NCBI GenBank assembly: GCA_013265495.1
Contig: MU057560.1
Span: 694,753-758,752, forward strand
DNA: 64,000 bases
Direction of reading: 5' to 3'
DNA from: Vicugna vicugna
Lineage: Eukaryota
Shown here: piece after piece, positions 13,343 through 26,182 of the stretch
Position numbering within the stretch: the stretch's first letter is position 1
How the letters are laid out: every line of letters begins with the position of its first letter
Notes under the pieces: generated by a model
Database searches by the model: none
Seen by the model: only the letters and a program-made list of their open reading frames with translations
What the model was told of the DNA's origin: nothing
Position numbers and translations under genes: made by a program

Positions 13343-13894
13343 AAATTCAGAGTAACTCAGATATCACACCCCTCCAAGGAACTGAACCCAGGGCCCAAGG
13401 ATTTATGTTCTGCTTCTGCTCTCACCCGGGAAGCCAGCTGCCTCTCTGACTCTAAGACGAAGTGACACTGGAGCCGGCTCTCAGCACAGGCGGCGTTTGG
13501 ACAGGTGACATCCAATCCGGTGGAAGGAACAGAGGGGATAGAGCCAGGGCCGGGGGGACAAGGCGAGCAAGAGGTGGCAGAACAGGGATTCTGGGTCACA
13601 TCTGTCCCACACAAAGGCTTCCATGCTCAACCCCACAGTGCCCTCTGTAAGTTGCAGAAACTCTGTACAATTCTCATTGATCAGAGGGCTTTCTAGGATT
13701 CGGGTACATGAAAGGCTTTGAAAGCCAAGCAAACCGCAGGGAGGAGGCATGAACAGGGCTTCCCCGTCGTCACCAGGCACTAATCCTCCTGTATAATGAG
13801 TGCATCCCACAGCTGGGGTGCCCAGCACAGCGTGGCTGACCAGATCCAATAGTTTCCCAAGAAGAATAAAAATTAGTAGATTGTAGTCCTTTAA

Positions 13895-14012
13895 AACAAC
13901 CCAGTTGCCACTCACGGGCAGTGTGACTTTGGAAAATTTGATCCACCTCTCTGTGCTTCAGTTTTCTCATTTGTACAATATAATGAACACCAACAGGTTT
14001 GTAAGGATTGAC
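13895..14012 (+). mobile_element. MIR SINE fragment
   Basis: GTGTGACTTTGGAAAATTTGATCCACCTCTCTGTGCTTCAGTTTTCTCATTTGTACAAT. Confidence 0.75.
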
Positions 14013-15565
14013 AGTCTTACCCACAAGAGTGAGGACCGTGGTGCGGGGCGCCTAGGGAGCCCCAGCAGATCCCGGTTCTCTCCTCACGGCCACAGTCCCC
14101 TCCCAGGGGGCCTGGCGAAGCTCTTGACACCTGTGCTTTCCATGGCTACTTAGAGAACCGACGGTCTGAGACCAGGGAGTGATTCTTCAAAGGGCACCTG
14201 AATGCTTATCTGTAAGCATCAGAAAACCGAGTAGTGCTTAATAGTTGCTAAGCGTGACGCTACGGGAGGGCACAGGAACGGGAGACCAGACACTGGAGAC
14301 ACCTTCCCCACCACTGATTCTCTCGTGTGCCACCTCAAACGGGCAGCAGCAACCTGCACCGCCAAACAGGGGACAGGGTGCTGGGTGAGCGCACCGGCGA
14401 ATGGGTTACTAGGAAAGCACCAGCCGCTAACTGGTCTTGGTCCACCACCCACTCACTGACTTTGTAAGTGATGCTGAAACCAGTCGTCATCTGTGTCTGA
14501 CACTGTGGGTTATAAAAGAAAGGCATCGTGGTGACTTTTCTGGAGCCACATTCAATCTTACAGGCACGTTCTACATAATTGTTAACGTTAAGACACTTTA
14601 CACATAATTTACAAGAGAATGGAGTTACCACCTTTGTGTATTCTTCTCCAAAATGTTTAACTTGAATCCATTCGAGCTTCTAGTCAGACGGAGGTGAGCC
14701 ACACCCATCCCGAACATCCTGCCTCGTCCAGCAGGCCGTGCAGTGAGGAGAGCAGCCATCCTCGATGCAGGGAGACTCGGGGACCACCCAGCTTCACTCG
14801 TCATCTGAGTGGGACGATGCTTTGTTCACACAGACGGTAAAGAGCATTGTGAGACCAGCGGGGAAACTGCGGGACCCGGGGACACAGTTTAGTCCCGGTC
14901 CCTAAAGCTAAGCGCGGGCATTGCACTTCGGTAAAAATGCAGAGGGCATTTTTAAATGTGACCTGAGAGGTGTGGGTAGCCAATGCTACGTGTTTAGAGG
15001 ACAGAGGGGCCACCTCAGTCACCAGGGCGGCCAGCAGAACGTGCAAGGCTTAACCTGGGTCTGAACTCCGTGCGTGCGGAGGGCTTGGTCATGCGCGGTG
15101 GGTCTTGCTTGGAGAAGGGTCTGATTTCACTTAAATGTGGCTCAGGGAAGGTGGACCGAGCCCAGCACTTCATGCACGGTGTTGTGTGGGCAAAGACACG
15201 GAGGAAGGTGGCCGGATGAGAAGAATTAAAATACGATCAAGCCGCCACTTCCCCGCCACAAAAACACTCCTCCAGGGAGAAATGAGGCCCCAAGGCTGAG
15301 TGGGCGAGCACACCTGCTCTGATTTCAGGACCCCCGGCTTTGAATCTCTCCTCTGTCATCACTGCTGAGTCATCTTGGATGGGCTGCTTAACTCGTGCCT
15401 CAGTTTACTCGAGTGAAAATGCAGGTGATTACAGCAATCCCATGTCATGGTGTTGCTGTATCACATGACCCACCCTGGAAAGCCTAGAACAGCCCCGGAC
15501 CCTTGTAAACGCTAAAGCAGCCTGGAAATGCCTTGGATTCAAAATAATAAATAAATTCACACATC

Positions 15566-15650
15566 TTGTACACCAGAAACTCATGCACCGTGGTAAACCA
15601 ACCATACTTCAACAAAACAAAATTAATGAAAGAATAATTTAAAAAAAAAC
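15566..15650 (+). mobile_element. Very short L1 3'-terminal fragment
   Basis: TGTACACCAGAAACTCATGCACCGTGGTAAACCAACCATACTTCAACAAAA matches the 3' end of the L1 at 13250-13300. Confidence 0.75.
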
Positions 15651-17197
15651 CACACATGATCTAATATCATATTCATTTAAATACTGAAAGGAGATAAACA
15701 ATATATTTACAATGGCTAAACCTGAACAGTCAAGTCGCACACTACTTTTAAGTTTTTTTTCTTTATGCTTATTTGTTTCCTTAATTGGCTACAATTAATA
15801 AGTGCGAGGACCATGAATCAATGGTACAATGAAGGCAGAGCAATGCAAATTCTATTAGCTGTTCAGCTATGAGGAATAATATATTCTTTGTTTATATAGC
15901 ACTTAAAGGCTTAGAAAAAAATTTGCATATTTTTTTAATTTGAATCTCCAGACAGCCTGTCACTATCCTCATTATGACAATGGAAATAGTGAGCAAAGGG
16001 GCCCAACGTTAGGGTTAAATTGCTTTCCAAGGCCTCGGAGTCAGCATTAGAGCTGGCCTTCCGCACGGCCAGAGTTCTCCCCTTTGCAGTGAAAAATACA
16101 GAAATGCAATTTACAGGCCATCTTGGTGACGTTTCAGGGCCCCTCGTAGGTGTCTGTGATGTGCCCTTAGGTCCAGGAACACCTGGAAATCTTCCGCCCC
16201 TGCAAAATGAGTGTTTTGGAGGAAGTCAGCCCCAGGCCGCTGCTTTCTTATGCATGTTCCCAGCTAATTCTGAAAGCCATGACAAAGCGAGGAGGGCGTG
16301 GACGGGCAGGGGTCCTCTGGGCCGATTCAAATGCCTCCGACCTGGTTTTCAATCTGAGAAGTCCTGGGAGAGGCAGAGAAAATGCCAGGACACGTGGCGG
16401 CCAAGGCTCCAAGCTAAACTCTGCCAAATCCCAAGGCCAAGTCCAAGAAGGCCTTTTGTCTTTCTCTTTCCTGAGGCCCTTGCCACTTCCAAAGCTGTTC
16501 CATTGTTCTGGGATTACCTCTCTCGCCCGCCCGTGGGAGAGAGGTAAGAAAGGGACCTGGTTAATGATTGGTGGCTGATGCATCAGGGGCTCTGACGCCC
16601 ACCTGGGTGAGACGGAGCCAGGAGCTCGGCTGGTGGTGGAGGTGGTGCCGCGGGGCGTTGCCCAGAGGAGGGTTTAGACCCCATCACCGCCTGGATTCCC
16701 GCAGGGTGACTCTGGTGCCCTCGGCTCCCTTCAAGTTTTGCTGATTTGACATTCTGTCCCCCTGAACTGTTACTTTACACGTCTGCATTCCCTGACTGAC
16801 TGACTTGATTGCCCAGAGTTACTAACGTGGGGCTTCACTGGATGGTTACAGGGGGTCGGGGTTGGGGGGGGTGCTATGAAAATGAAGGGATTGAAGATTT
16901 CAGGGAAGAAAAGTGATTTGTAAGACTTAAAAAAATACCAACACAAAAGGCGTTGTTAAAATGGAGAAGAGGGAGGAGTGTGAAAGTATACCTTACGTAT
17001 TTTCTCCCCAGATCCCTGCAGTGCTCTTGTCCGTTCGCTGCCAGGCTGACGGGTTAACTGGACCACTCTGTTCCTTTCGCTCCATCCTCATCACCGCAGG
17101 ACCATGGGCTGACAGTCGTGAAGCAAACAGGGAGGAAGGCCTTTTCATATGCATTAAGAACTCCTCCTTTCAAGAATCAGGTACACCCACGGTGTCT

Positions 17198-17908
17198 TTC
17201 TTTTAATTAAATTATAATCAGTTACAATGGGTCAGTTTCTGGTGTACAGCATTATGTCTCAGTCATGCAAACACATACACATACTCGTTCTCATATTCTA
17301 TTTCATTGTAAGTTACTACGATACATTGAATAGAGCTTCCTGTGCTCGACAGAAGAAACTTGCTGTTTATTTTATATACAGTAGTGTGTGTCTGCAAGTC
17401 TCAAACTCCCAATTTATCCCTTCCCTCCTCCTTTCTCCCCTGGTAACCATAAGTTTGCTTTCTATCTGTGAGTCTCTTTCTGTTTTGTAAATAAGTTCAT
17501 TTGTGTCTTTTGTTTTAGATTCCACATACAAGTGATATCATACGGCATTTTTCTTTCTCTTTCTGGCTTACTTCACTTAGAATGACCTTCTCCAGGTCCA
17601 TCCATGCTGGTGCAAAAGCATGATTTTATTCTTTTTATGGCTGAGTAGTATTCCTTTGCATAAATATACCACAGCTTCTTTATCCCATTCAACTGTCAAT
17701 GACATTTAGGTTGTTTCCATGTCTTGGCGATTGTAAATACTGCTGCTATGAATATTGGGGTGCATTATTTTTTCGAATTAGAGTTCCCTCTGGATCTATG
17801 CCCAGGAGTGGAATTACTGGCTCATAGGGTAACTCTATTTTTAATTTTTTTTGAGGAATCTCCATACTGTTTTCCATAACGGCTACACCAGCTACATTCC
17901 CACCAACT
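17198..17908 (-). mobile_element. LINE-1 3' end (ORF2 terminus and 3'UTR)
   Basis: Reverse complement of the ~12580-13300 part of the plus-strand L1, e.g. TTTCTGGTGTACAGCAT, TTCACTTAGAATGA, CATTCCCACCAAC. Confidence 0.93.
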
Positions 17909-20567
17909 GAAGCTCGTTACTCAGCCTTTCTGTTCCCTGGTTTACTTCCTTACTTCAGTTGGGAACATCCCATTCTGCCCACAAAAGAGCATCCTGGAGC
18001 AGGGGCGGTGCAAGATAACATACACCTTACAGAGTGACTAGCCTGTAAGGGGTTTTCAAGATAGATTCTAATACAACATTAGGTATATTCTAGTAAAAAA
18101 TCTAATAAATATCTTTATCTACTTCTAAATTTAGTAAATATATCTAATTAAACATGTAACTGAAATTTACTAGACTTCAAAAAACAATTTCCTATCTGAA
18201 AATCCAACACCATAAAAACCCCAAATAATTTATTTGAAAGTGATAACTGTCCTATATTTTGTCCAGTAAAGTCACCTCTAATGTATTTTTTTCCTTCTGG
18301 GATCTTCAAATTCCATGTAAATTTCACGAGACATCCCCGTTCTAGGAAGGGGAGAGAAAGGAGTAATGTTTTGTAGAAGCACTTTGATTCATTAGACCCA
18401 TGAGTGCACAATCACCTTGTCTGTTTTGCTTCAAATACGTGTGCCAGTGATGAAAAAAGTATAAAACAGAAAGTTCCCCACATACACAAGAATAAATACA
18501 ATCGACCTCATGCTTTATCACCCTTCAACAATCAATAATTTGTGGCCATTCTTTTCATTAGTAAGTCATCTCTCAGCTTATTTTAAAGCAAATTCCAACA
18601 TCATATCATGCCTGTGATTTTTAAGTTGTTCTATCTGTCTACACTAAAACAGAACTCTGTAACCAGTGATTTTCTTGAATTAATTTATGTTGCACTATAT
18701 TGTAAAGCACAGATTAGGTCTGACTCGATTTCCCATCCTTCTAAGAGGCAGGTCACTATCAGGTCTCCTACTGTTAATGATTAAATGCATGAATAGTGGT
18801 AAATTTAAAAGCAGCAGTATGCTAATAGCAGCAACGAGAACCATTATCTACTGAGTACTCAGCCTGCACCAGCACGGGTCTGCACCAAATATTTTCAAGG
18901 AAAATTAGACCCAGACAGGTAAACGGCTTTGTCCAATCTTAAGCAACCAGTAAAGGTCTGAACAGAAATTTGATCTCAGGTCTTCAAAAATCCAAGAGTT
19001 TGTAGCTGTCTCATTGGGAAATCTACTGTTGAGATCGCACGTTTCCTTGGACACGTCTACACGTGTCTTTTGATAATATTTTAAATGGTTAATCAATGCA
19101 GTGTTACAGTGCCTTTTGACCTCATCATTCTTTCCATCCAGATGAGATATTAACTTACAAGGTCTTTAGAGATGAGCTGATATAACAGAAACGTGGGGGG
19201 AAAAGGGCGAATAGCTACTCCTGGGTTTCTCCGTGTAAAGCCGAGATTCGTATGAACACTTGCTGAGTTAATGTGCACCCCTGCCGGGAGAGCTAAGCCC
19301 CCAGCTGCTCGCACCCGCAACCCGCAGCCCCTAGTGGATACCAGGGTGGGAGTCAGCAAGGTGCAAAATTCCTCTGTAACCTCCAGCGAGGTGTGAGCCC
19401 CTGGAGAAGTGGGGCTGAGCAGAGAGGCTGACATCACCTCCAGTTTATCGGAGGAAGTCAGCTGTTTCCCACTCACGTAGCGAGAACAGTGCATCACCCA
19501 GAAGACCATGCCGAGATGAGGGCTCCTCCCTTCCAGTGATTACCCACCGCGCAGATGCTCAGGACCCCCAGTCGAAGAGAACGGTGCATGCTTCAGAAAA
19601 CGCCCACGCAGTCAGATGTAGACTACAGAGGAAATCATCTCCTTTCCCACGGAAGCCTGCCTTCGTGGTAATTTATACAAAACGCTGAACTAAATAAACA
19701 TCTGTTTGACTAAATTGACCCTAATTGTCTAATAGTAAGTTTCTGCCTTTGGGCCAAGTAGAGGCTTGATAGAGAAATTGTGTTCAGTTACAGAAAACAG
19801 AGAAAATGATAATGTTTGCTTGAAACGAGTGCCCTATATAATTTTACCTGCTTATTAGTGTTACATGGGGTAGGTTTTAATCTCAACTTTTCACTTTATG
19901 AAATAGCCATTATCTGAGTGTTTCGCAGTCAGTGTGTGTGGCTTTGGACCTTCTGATCGGAGAGCTGCCCCTCCTGGACCCCGTGTGTGTGGGGGGGCAC
20001 TTGCCTGGCTTTATTCAATCATGTGCAAGGGGACTTGACACGTGTAGCTTCTGGCCAAGCGTGTTCGCTGCTGCTCCGACTTTCTGGAAACCTGCGATGT
20101 TTCCGGTTTCCAGTACCAGCCTGGGTTCTGGAGTGGAGTGTGAAATAGTGACCCTGGCTACTGTGAACTGTGCAGGAGGTGAGAATCCAGGAGCCTTTTT
20201 CTGTTGGTTGGTTGGTGGATTTTCTTTTGTTCCTTTGTTTTTGTCATCACACCATAGCTTATTCTGACTGACTCAGGTAAATTGTCTGAGTAGTAGAAAT
20301 TCTGAAAGCCCCCACCTCCATCATCGGCTCTTCCCTGAAAACTCTGTACTACAGATTTTACAACTAACATCAAAAGAAACTGAGGACTATTTCTTTCCTT
20401 TCCTTTCATTTCATATTCAAATTATATATAAATGTTTAAAATAAATTTAAATAAGAATCATGTGCTTTAAAAATTGCTGTCCTCACTTCTACAGGAAGAA
20501 AAAATACCCTGTGGCAATGCTGATTCAAGTAATATGGTAAATACTGTGTGATGAGAAATACTGTTCC

Positions 20568-20665
20568 GGAGGGTGTAGCTCAGCGGTAGAGCCATGCTTA
20601 GCAGGCACGAGGTCCTGGGTTCAATCCCCATCACCTCCATTAGAAAGTAAATAAACAAAAAATAA
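20568..20665 (+). mobile_element. tRNA-Ala-derived SINE (Vic-1-like)
   Basis: GGAGGGTGTAGCTCAGCGGTAGAGCCATGCTTAGCAGGCACGAGGTCCTGGGTTCAATCCCC plus A-rich tail. Degenerate TSD aaatactgttcc / aaagactgctct. Confidence 0.9.
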
Positions 20666-21414
20666 AGACTGCTCTAACATGCTTTAAAAAGAGAGAGGCG
20701 TGCTGTTGCTGTTGCAGTTTGTCACTTTGGGAAATGATTTATTTGTGGTACACACCTCGCTTCTCATCTGGAGGACGACAAGTTTTCTCCCACGCTGCGC
20801 TTGAAGAGGAGGCAGTTACATGACTCCCTGCTGGGTCCCACTGGCTTCTTCCATCCCCACGGTGTGGACCAAACCCCCCCCCAAGACAGTTCGGCTGTCA
20901 CGGCAGAGCCACCGTCTTTGGGGGACCTTTCAGGGCAAGTGACAGAGAGGGTGGCTTTCTGATTCCCGCTCCAGCTGTCCTGCAGTCTCCATGTCTGAAA
21001 CCACTTCCCAGCTACGACAAGCGTAACTATTTCTCATCATCCACACAGGACTCATCCCCGCACAGCAGGTTTTTAACGCGCTCCCAAGCCTAGACCCTGT
21101 TCACAGGAGCACAGCAGCTCCACGTGAGCGAGGCGGCTCTTTCCCAGCAAACTCCGCCCGTGTGTATCCGCGTGTCGCTCTGTCCCCACTGCTCAACCTT
21201 GGACCAGCTCCTTTTTGGTTTCCCCCAAATATGACAAAGTCTCAGACCCACAAAGGCATCTTCTCCCAATGTTCTTAGCGTGACAGATGTATTTCCCAGG
21301 TGCACATGGAACATCATTTCTGTGGGATTTAGGAGAAAGAGGAGGAGAGGAGGTGGACATACTGAATGGGGAGCTGTTTTTAGTGCAAATGACACATAAA
21401 ATGGTAAATGTACC

Positions 21415-21853
21415 ATGTTAGTTTGCTTGGCTGGCAGAACAGGGTACTGAAAACTAGGCGGCTTACGTAACGGAAACTTGCTGTCTCTGGTTGGAGGTCA
21501 GAAGTCTGAGGGCAAGTTGTCCGCAGGGTCAGTTCCTTCTGGGGCTGACGGAGACCTGGTCCAGCCTCTCTGTTGGCTTCAGGGGTTTGCTGGCCGTTAT
21601 CGGCATTTCCTGGCTTATAGATGCTTCACCCTGATTTCTGTCTTTATTGTCACATGACATTCATTCTGTGCACGCGTCTGTGTTCCAATCTCCCTTTTTA
21701 TAAGGATACCCGTCATACTGGATGAGGGATTCCCTCACCTTAACTAACTACGCCTGCCACGATCCTATTTCATAACAAGGTCCTATCCTGAGGTCCTTCA
21801 GGTTAGAATTTCAATATATGAATTTTGGGGAGGACACAGCTCAACCCATAAAA
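21415..21853 (-). mobile_element. MaLR solo LTR (MLT1C-like)
   Basis: TGTTAGTTTGCTTGGCTGGCAGAACA...GGAGGTCAGAAGTCTGAG...TTTTTATAAGGATACC...GGACACAGCTCAACCCATAA, similar to the 8378-8780 element. Confidence 0.87.
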
Positions 21854-22591
21854 TGTACCCATTACTTACAACAGAATGTTATTTTTTGTATGATGCTGAT
21901 AAGGGTTTTGTAAATCTGTACGTCCTCAAAGTCAGTCAGCTTTAGTAGGAAAACGATGAATTTTATCCTTTTCCAACTTTTTTCTTTCCATCCCCAGATG
22001 TTTTGGTCTGATAAGAGACTGAGTCTTACTCAACCTTGAGGACCAGCTTCAAGTCAGCGACTGAAAAAGAGACAGATTTCTTGGGAACAGGAAATGACGT
22101 TAATCAGGAGGGTGAGCGCAAAGACCGAGAGAAGCCCACCTTCCAGGCTGAGTTTGTTTTGTTGTTTGCAAGCACTTCAGCCCTGACAAAAAATGAAAAA
22201 TGTGTTTTTGACTAAAGGATGTGCAACTAATGGTTTTCTGGGTTGGCAAAGATCAAATCCGCCGTTCCTGATTCTTCACGCACTAGTGCGCCTGGAGGGC
22301 GGCGTCCTGCCGCAGCAGCTGGAAGCTCTTTGGCCCAGGTTTGGAGCTAGGACCCAGCATCAAACGGTCAAGTTCCTCAAACCCAGTGGGCTTTTCTCAA
22401 GGTCACCACAGCTCCACACCGTGGCTTTCTTAGCACCTGCTTTTCTTACAGTGGAGACAACAAAGACTCAGAGATGTTCAGGGTCTTACTGAGGGGCTGC
22501 TGGGGCAGAACTGAATTTAAAACAAATTTTGTTTCTGTATCTAAGCTAATATCTATTGCGTTGACTGCCACAGACTATATGCTCTCCCTTG

Positions 22592-22631
22592 NNNNNNNNN
22601 NNNNNNNNNNNNNNNNNNNNNNNNNNNNNNN
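22592..22631. other. Assembly gap (40 N)
   Basis: Run of N. Confidence 1.
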
Positions 22632-22644
22632 TATATTTAGTTGG

Positions 22645-22890
22645 TATATACATTTTATTGAAGTATAGTCAGTTTACAATGTTGTGTTAATTTCTGGGGT
22701 ACAATGGCCATCATTCAAAAGTCCACAAACGAGAAATGCTGGACAGGGTGTGGGGAAAAGGGAACCCTCCTACCCTGCTGGTGGGAATGCAGTTTGGTGC
22801 AGCCACTATGGAAAACAGTATGGAGATTCCACAAAAGACTAAAAATAGACTTACCATATGACCCAGCAAGCCCACCCATGGGCATATATG
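22645..22890 (-). mobile_element. Bipartite LINE-1 insertion: minus-strand 3' terminus (22645-22703) joined to an inverted ORF2 fragment (22704-22890)
   Basis: TTTTATTGAAGTATAGTCAGTTTACAATGTTGTGTTAATTTCTGGGGTACA is the antisense L1 end. It directly abuts plus-strand ORF2 sequence translating as [42 protein letters not shown]. Confidence 0.88.
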
Positions 22891-23399
22891 CTCAATATAT
22901 TTTGAATAAACACATGTTTATGATTTTGGTCTCACAAAAAATAGATTAAATAAAACAAATTTTAGCAAACGTGAGGTCGACTGCACCCTGGGGCACTTTT
23001 CCAGCGCCTGGATGGAGTGAAGTTCTCCCACAAAGCTCTGGTTCCACCTGTGTTCCTCCTCGAGTTTTCTCACTGTAAATGTAGCCAATAAATTATTTTC
23101 AGAGCTACACAGTGAATTCTTGTCTTTCCCAAATAAACTGCACATTTTGCTCATTCATGTTATTGCTGTGTTCTCCTGATTGTGTTAAGCAGTTAAACAG
23201 ATGATTTGATCAATACGACGTTAAACAGAACACTTGTGGGTCAAATACAAAAGGCTGAATGAGCTGAAGGAAGCTTTGGTGCCACTGGCAGGGAATACCG
23301 TGCCTTCCAGGACTGGGGCAGACCCCGTATGATCAGCATTCGAAGCTAAGCAGGTAGACTCTCATGGAGGAGGAACATTATAAAGACCTCTTCGGGACA

Positions 23400-23699
23400 C
23401 TAATGAACGCATCTACAAAACAGAAACAGACCCACAGACATAATAAACAATGTTATAAGTACTGGGGGGAAGGGGGTGGGAAGGAATAAATCTGGGAGTC
23501 TGAGATTTGCAAATATTAACCCCTATATATAAAAATAGATTAAAAACAAATGTTTTCTGCATAGCACAGGAAACTTTATTCAATATCTTGTAACAACCTT
23601 TAATGAAAAAGAATATGAAAATGAATATATGTATATATATGCATGGCTGAGACATTATGCTGTACACCAGAAACCGATACCCTGTAGCTGACTAAAAAC
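23400..23699 (+). mobile_element. LINE-1 3'UTR fragment
   Basis: AATGAAC...CAAAACAGAAACAGA...GGGAGTCTGAGATTTGC...CATTATGCTGTACACCAGAAA, homologous to 12985-13290. Confidence 0.92.
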
Positions 23700-25689
23700 T
23701 ATTGCCTAGCAATAGAGGAAAGTTTCACTAAATCAGAGTGTAAACATATTGTTAATCTGTTGAAATCGTTCTTGATAAAATTAACAATATCAAAAGCCTA
23801 CTCCACAATATGAGGTGATTAAAAGCAAGGGATGCAAAACAAGTTAGCATGCTGCTAATTTTGTAAAAACACTATGTATTTGTGTGCATGTGTACATATT
23901 TGTGTGAATAGAGAGACAGTAAGACTTACATCAATATTTACCAGTGGTTGATACTGAGAATGTAGTTGCATGTGCTTTTCATTTTATATTTGATGATTTC
24001 CTGTATTCCAAAAGTCTCTATAATGTATGCATACAAAAGACATCAAAATCAATGGTTTTCCTTCGTTTCTTTGCTTTCAAGCCACCTCAAATAGTTTCAC
24101 GGAAGATTTCTGGTGCTGGGTAATCTCTACTAGACTCTACAGAAAGCATGCCTGCATTCTTTTCACAGACAGAGGAAAAAAAAAACTGATGCAAAAACCT
24201 GGAAAATGTATCTGTAATCACCCGTTTGTGTGTGCCTCTATACGTGCACTTGGACACACACAGGCACGTGTATGTGACGTGTGTTTATCTCTCCCAGCAT
24301 CCAAGTCCTCTCCCCACCTCTGGGAGATTTCCTACCTTGGAAGTATCACTGCCTCTCAGGCTGAAAAAGACCAAGACACACATTCCAGACAACTAGTGGC
24401 GCTTATTCTGAACCTGGAATCCTTGATGTGGAGATGCGCCCTGGGTGGCAGGGATGGGGCGTTGCCGGGGAAGTCCCAGCTGGCGGGCATGGGCGTACCC
24501 CGGGCAGAGCAGGGACACCAGAGGCCCGGCCCTGAGAGCTGGTGTTTCCCCAGGTAGCCTCGCCAGCCCCAGGATGGCTTTGGGGCACGGTTTGGGGGCT
24601 TGGTGCTAGCTGTACTTACACTTCCTGGCTTCTGTTTCCAGACTGGATTCTGCAGCCTTCCAGAAGATTCTACCATTCAATACACTGGACTATTTCTAGC
24701 TGTTGCCCAGAGTAGACTTCTCCTGCTTGCATCTAAGAGTCCTGGCCACCTGCTGCCTGTGCTACGTGACGGTGCCCAGGGTTCAGTGCCAAGCGTGACC
24801 TTGGAAAGCACGTGAGAAAACAGTTCAGAAGACATTACAAACATCGCACAGGAGGGCTCCTGGCTAAGATGCTACAGAAACATGCAACTTTCTGTTCAGG
24901 AAGCCTGAGTCCATTAGTGAACTCCACTAATAGGTCACGAAAAGTAATAGCTAGTAAATATTTTATTAGCGTTTTTTGAATCTTGCTAATGGGAAAATCA
25001 ACTATGTCAAAAGTAGCAAGAGTCACATTTGGCATCAGGCCATCACTCAGGGCTTGGTGTCTGCTGTTTCTCACGACTTTTTGTGGAATAATTAGAGAAG
25101 TTCAAATAGAATTATGTGTGCAACAATGAATATTTTTATTTTGCTATGGTAAACCATCCTATTTCCTTACCTCGTTATTTGCCTACATTATGTACTCAAT
25201 ACTAATTTTCTATCTATGGCATAGTGAATTTATGGCTGTGTTAATGCTAATATTTCTCCATCTAGAAAATGAAATGAATGATTCTTATATATTTTGTTTT
25301 TAAAATATTAGCTACAAAACTTCATTAAATATAATAATGTCTCATTACATAGTATCTTTCATCCTGAAGATTATTAGAAGCCTTTACAAACTAAAAGAAA
25401 AATAACCAATAAAAAAAGAAGAAAAAAAGGAAAAACACCCAAAGCTAACAGAACCATCATCCGTCACTGAAACGGAGCTAAATAATTGTTTTCTTTGTTA
25501 AGCTTATTTGAAATCTTACCTCTTAGGGGAAAAAAAAATCAAGCTTAGACCACTAAAAAATTACCACTGTTTTTGCTAATAATGAATATAATTTGCTGAT
25601 TCTCTTTCAGTGGTTGTGTGTCACCTGGCTGGGAGTTTTCAGGAATGGGATTATTTGGGAGTAAGAGACCCTTATCATGGGTATTCAGA

Positions 25690-26182
25690 GCTTGGAAATA
25701 GGAGCAGGGGTCTGCAGGGAAACAGGCCCTGCAGGATACAGAGAGATGGTTAAGAAGAGATTTCATATGGGAACCGGCTTTTGTGACTGTGGAGGCTGAG
25801 GACGCTATGACCTGCCGTTTGCAAGCCGGGGACCCAGGAAAGCTGGGGGTTTAATTCATTCTGAGACCACAGGCCTGAGAAACAGGGAAGATGCTAGTGA
25901 TTGTTCCCAAGGCCCAAAGCCCAGGACCTCGGGACTCCAACGTCAGGGGCGGGAGGAGACGGACGTCCGGCACAAAGCCAGGCAGAGAGCAAATCTAGCC
26001 TCCCTGCGATGCTGTTGGGGTCCTCAGAGGATTGGGAGGGTGATTTTTCTTTATTCTGTTAGCTGATGCAAGTGCTTATTTCTTCCCATAGTGCCCTAGC
26101 ACACACACCAAAAAATGATGTTTTATCAGCTGTGTGGATGCTCCTTAGCCCAGTCAAGTAGTCACGAAAACTAACCACCCCC
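25690..26182 (-). mobile_element. ERVL solo LTR (MLT2-like)
   Basis: TGTGGAGGCTGAG...TGACCTGCCGTTTGCAAGCCGGGGACCCAGGAAAGCTGG...CTTAGCCCAGTCAAGTAGTCACGAAAACTAACCA. Confidence 0.75.

Noticed and set aside
20568..20640. tRNA-Ala-like sequences as true tRNA genes (also 5155-5226, 48302-48373, 52229-52297)
   Set aside because: Stem mismatches or deletions, A-rich tails and target-site duplications indicate SINE copies.
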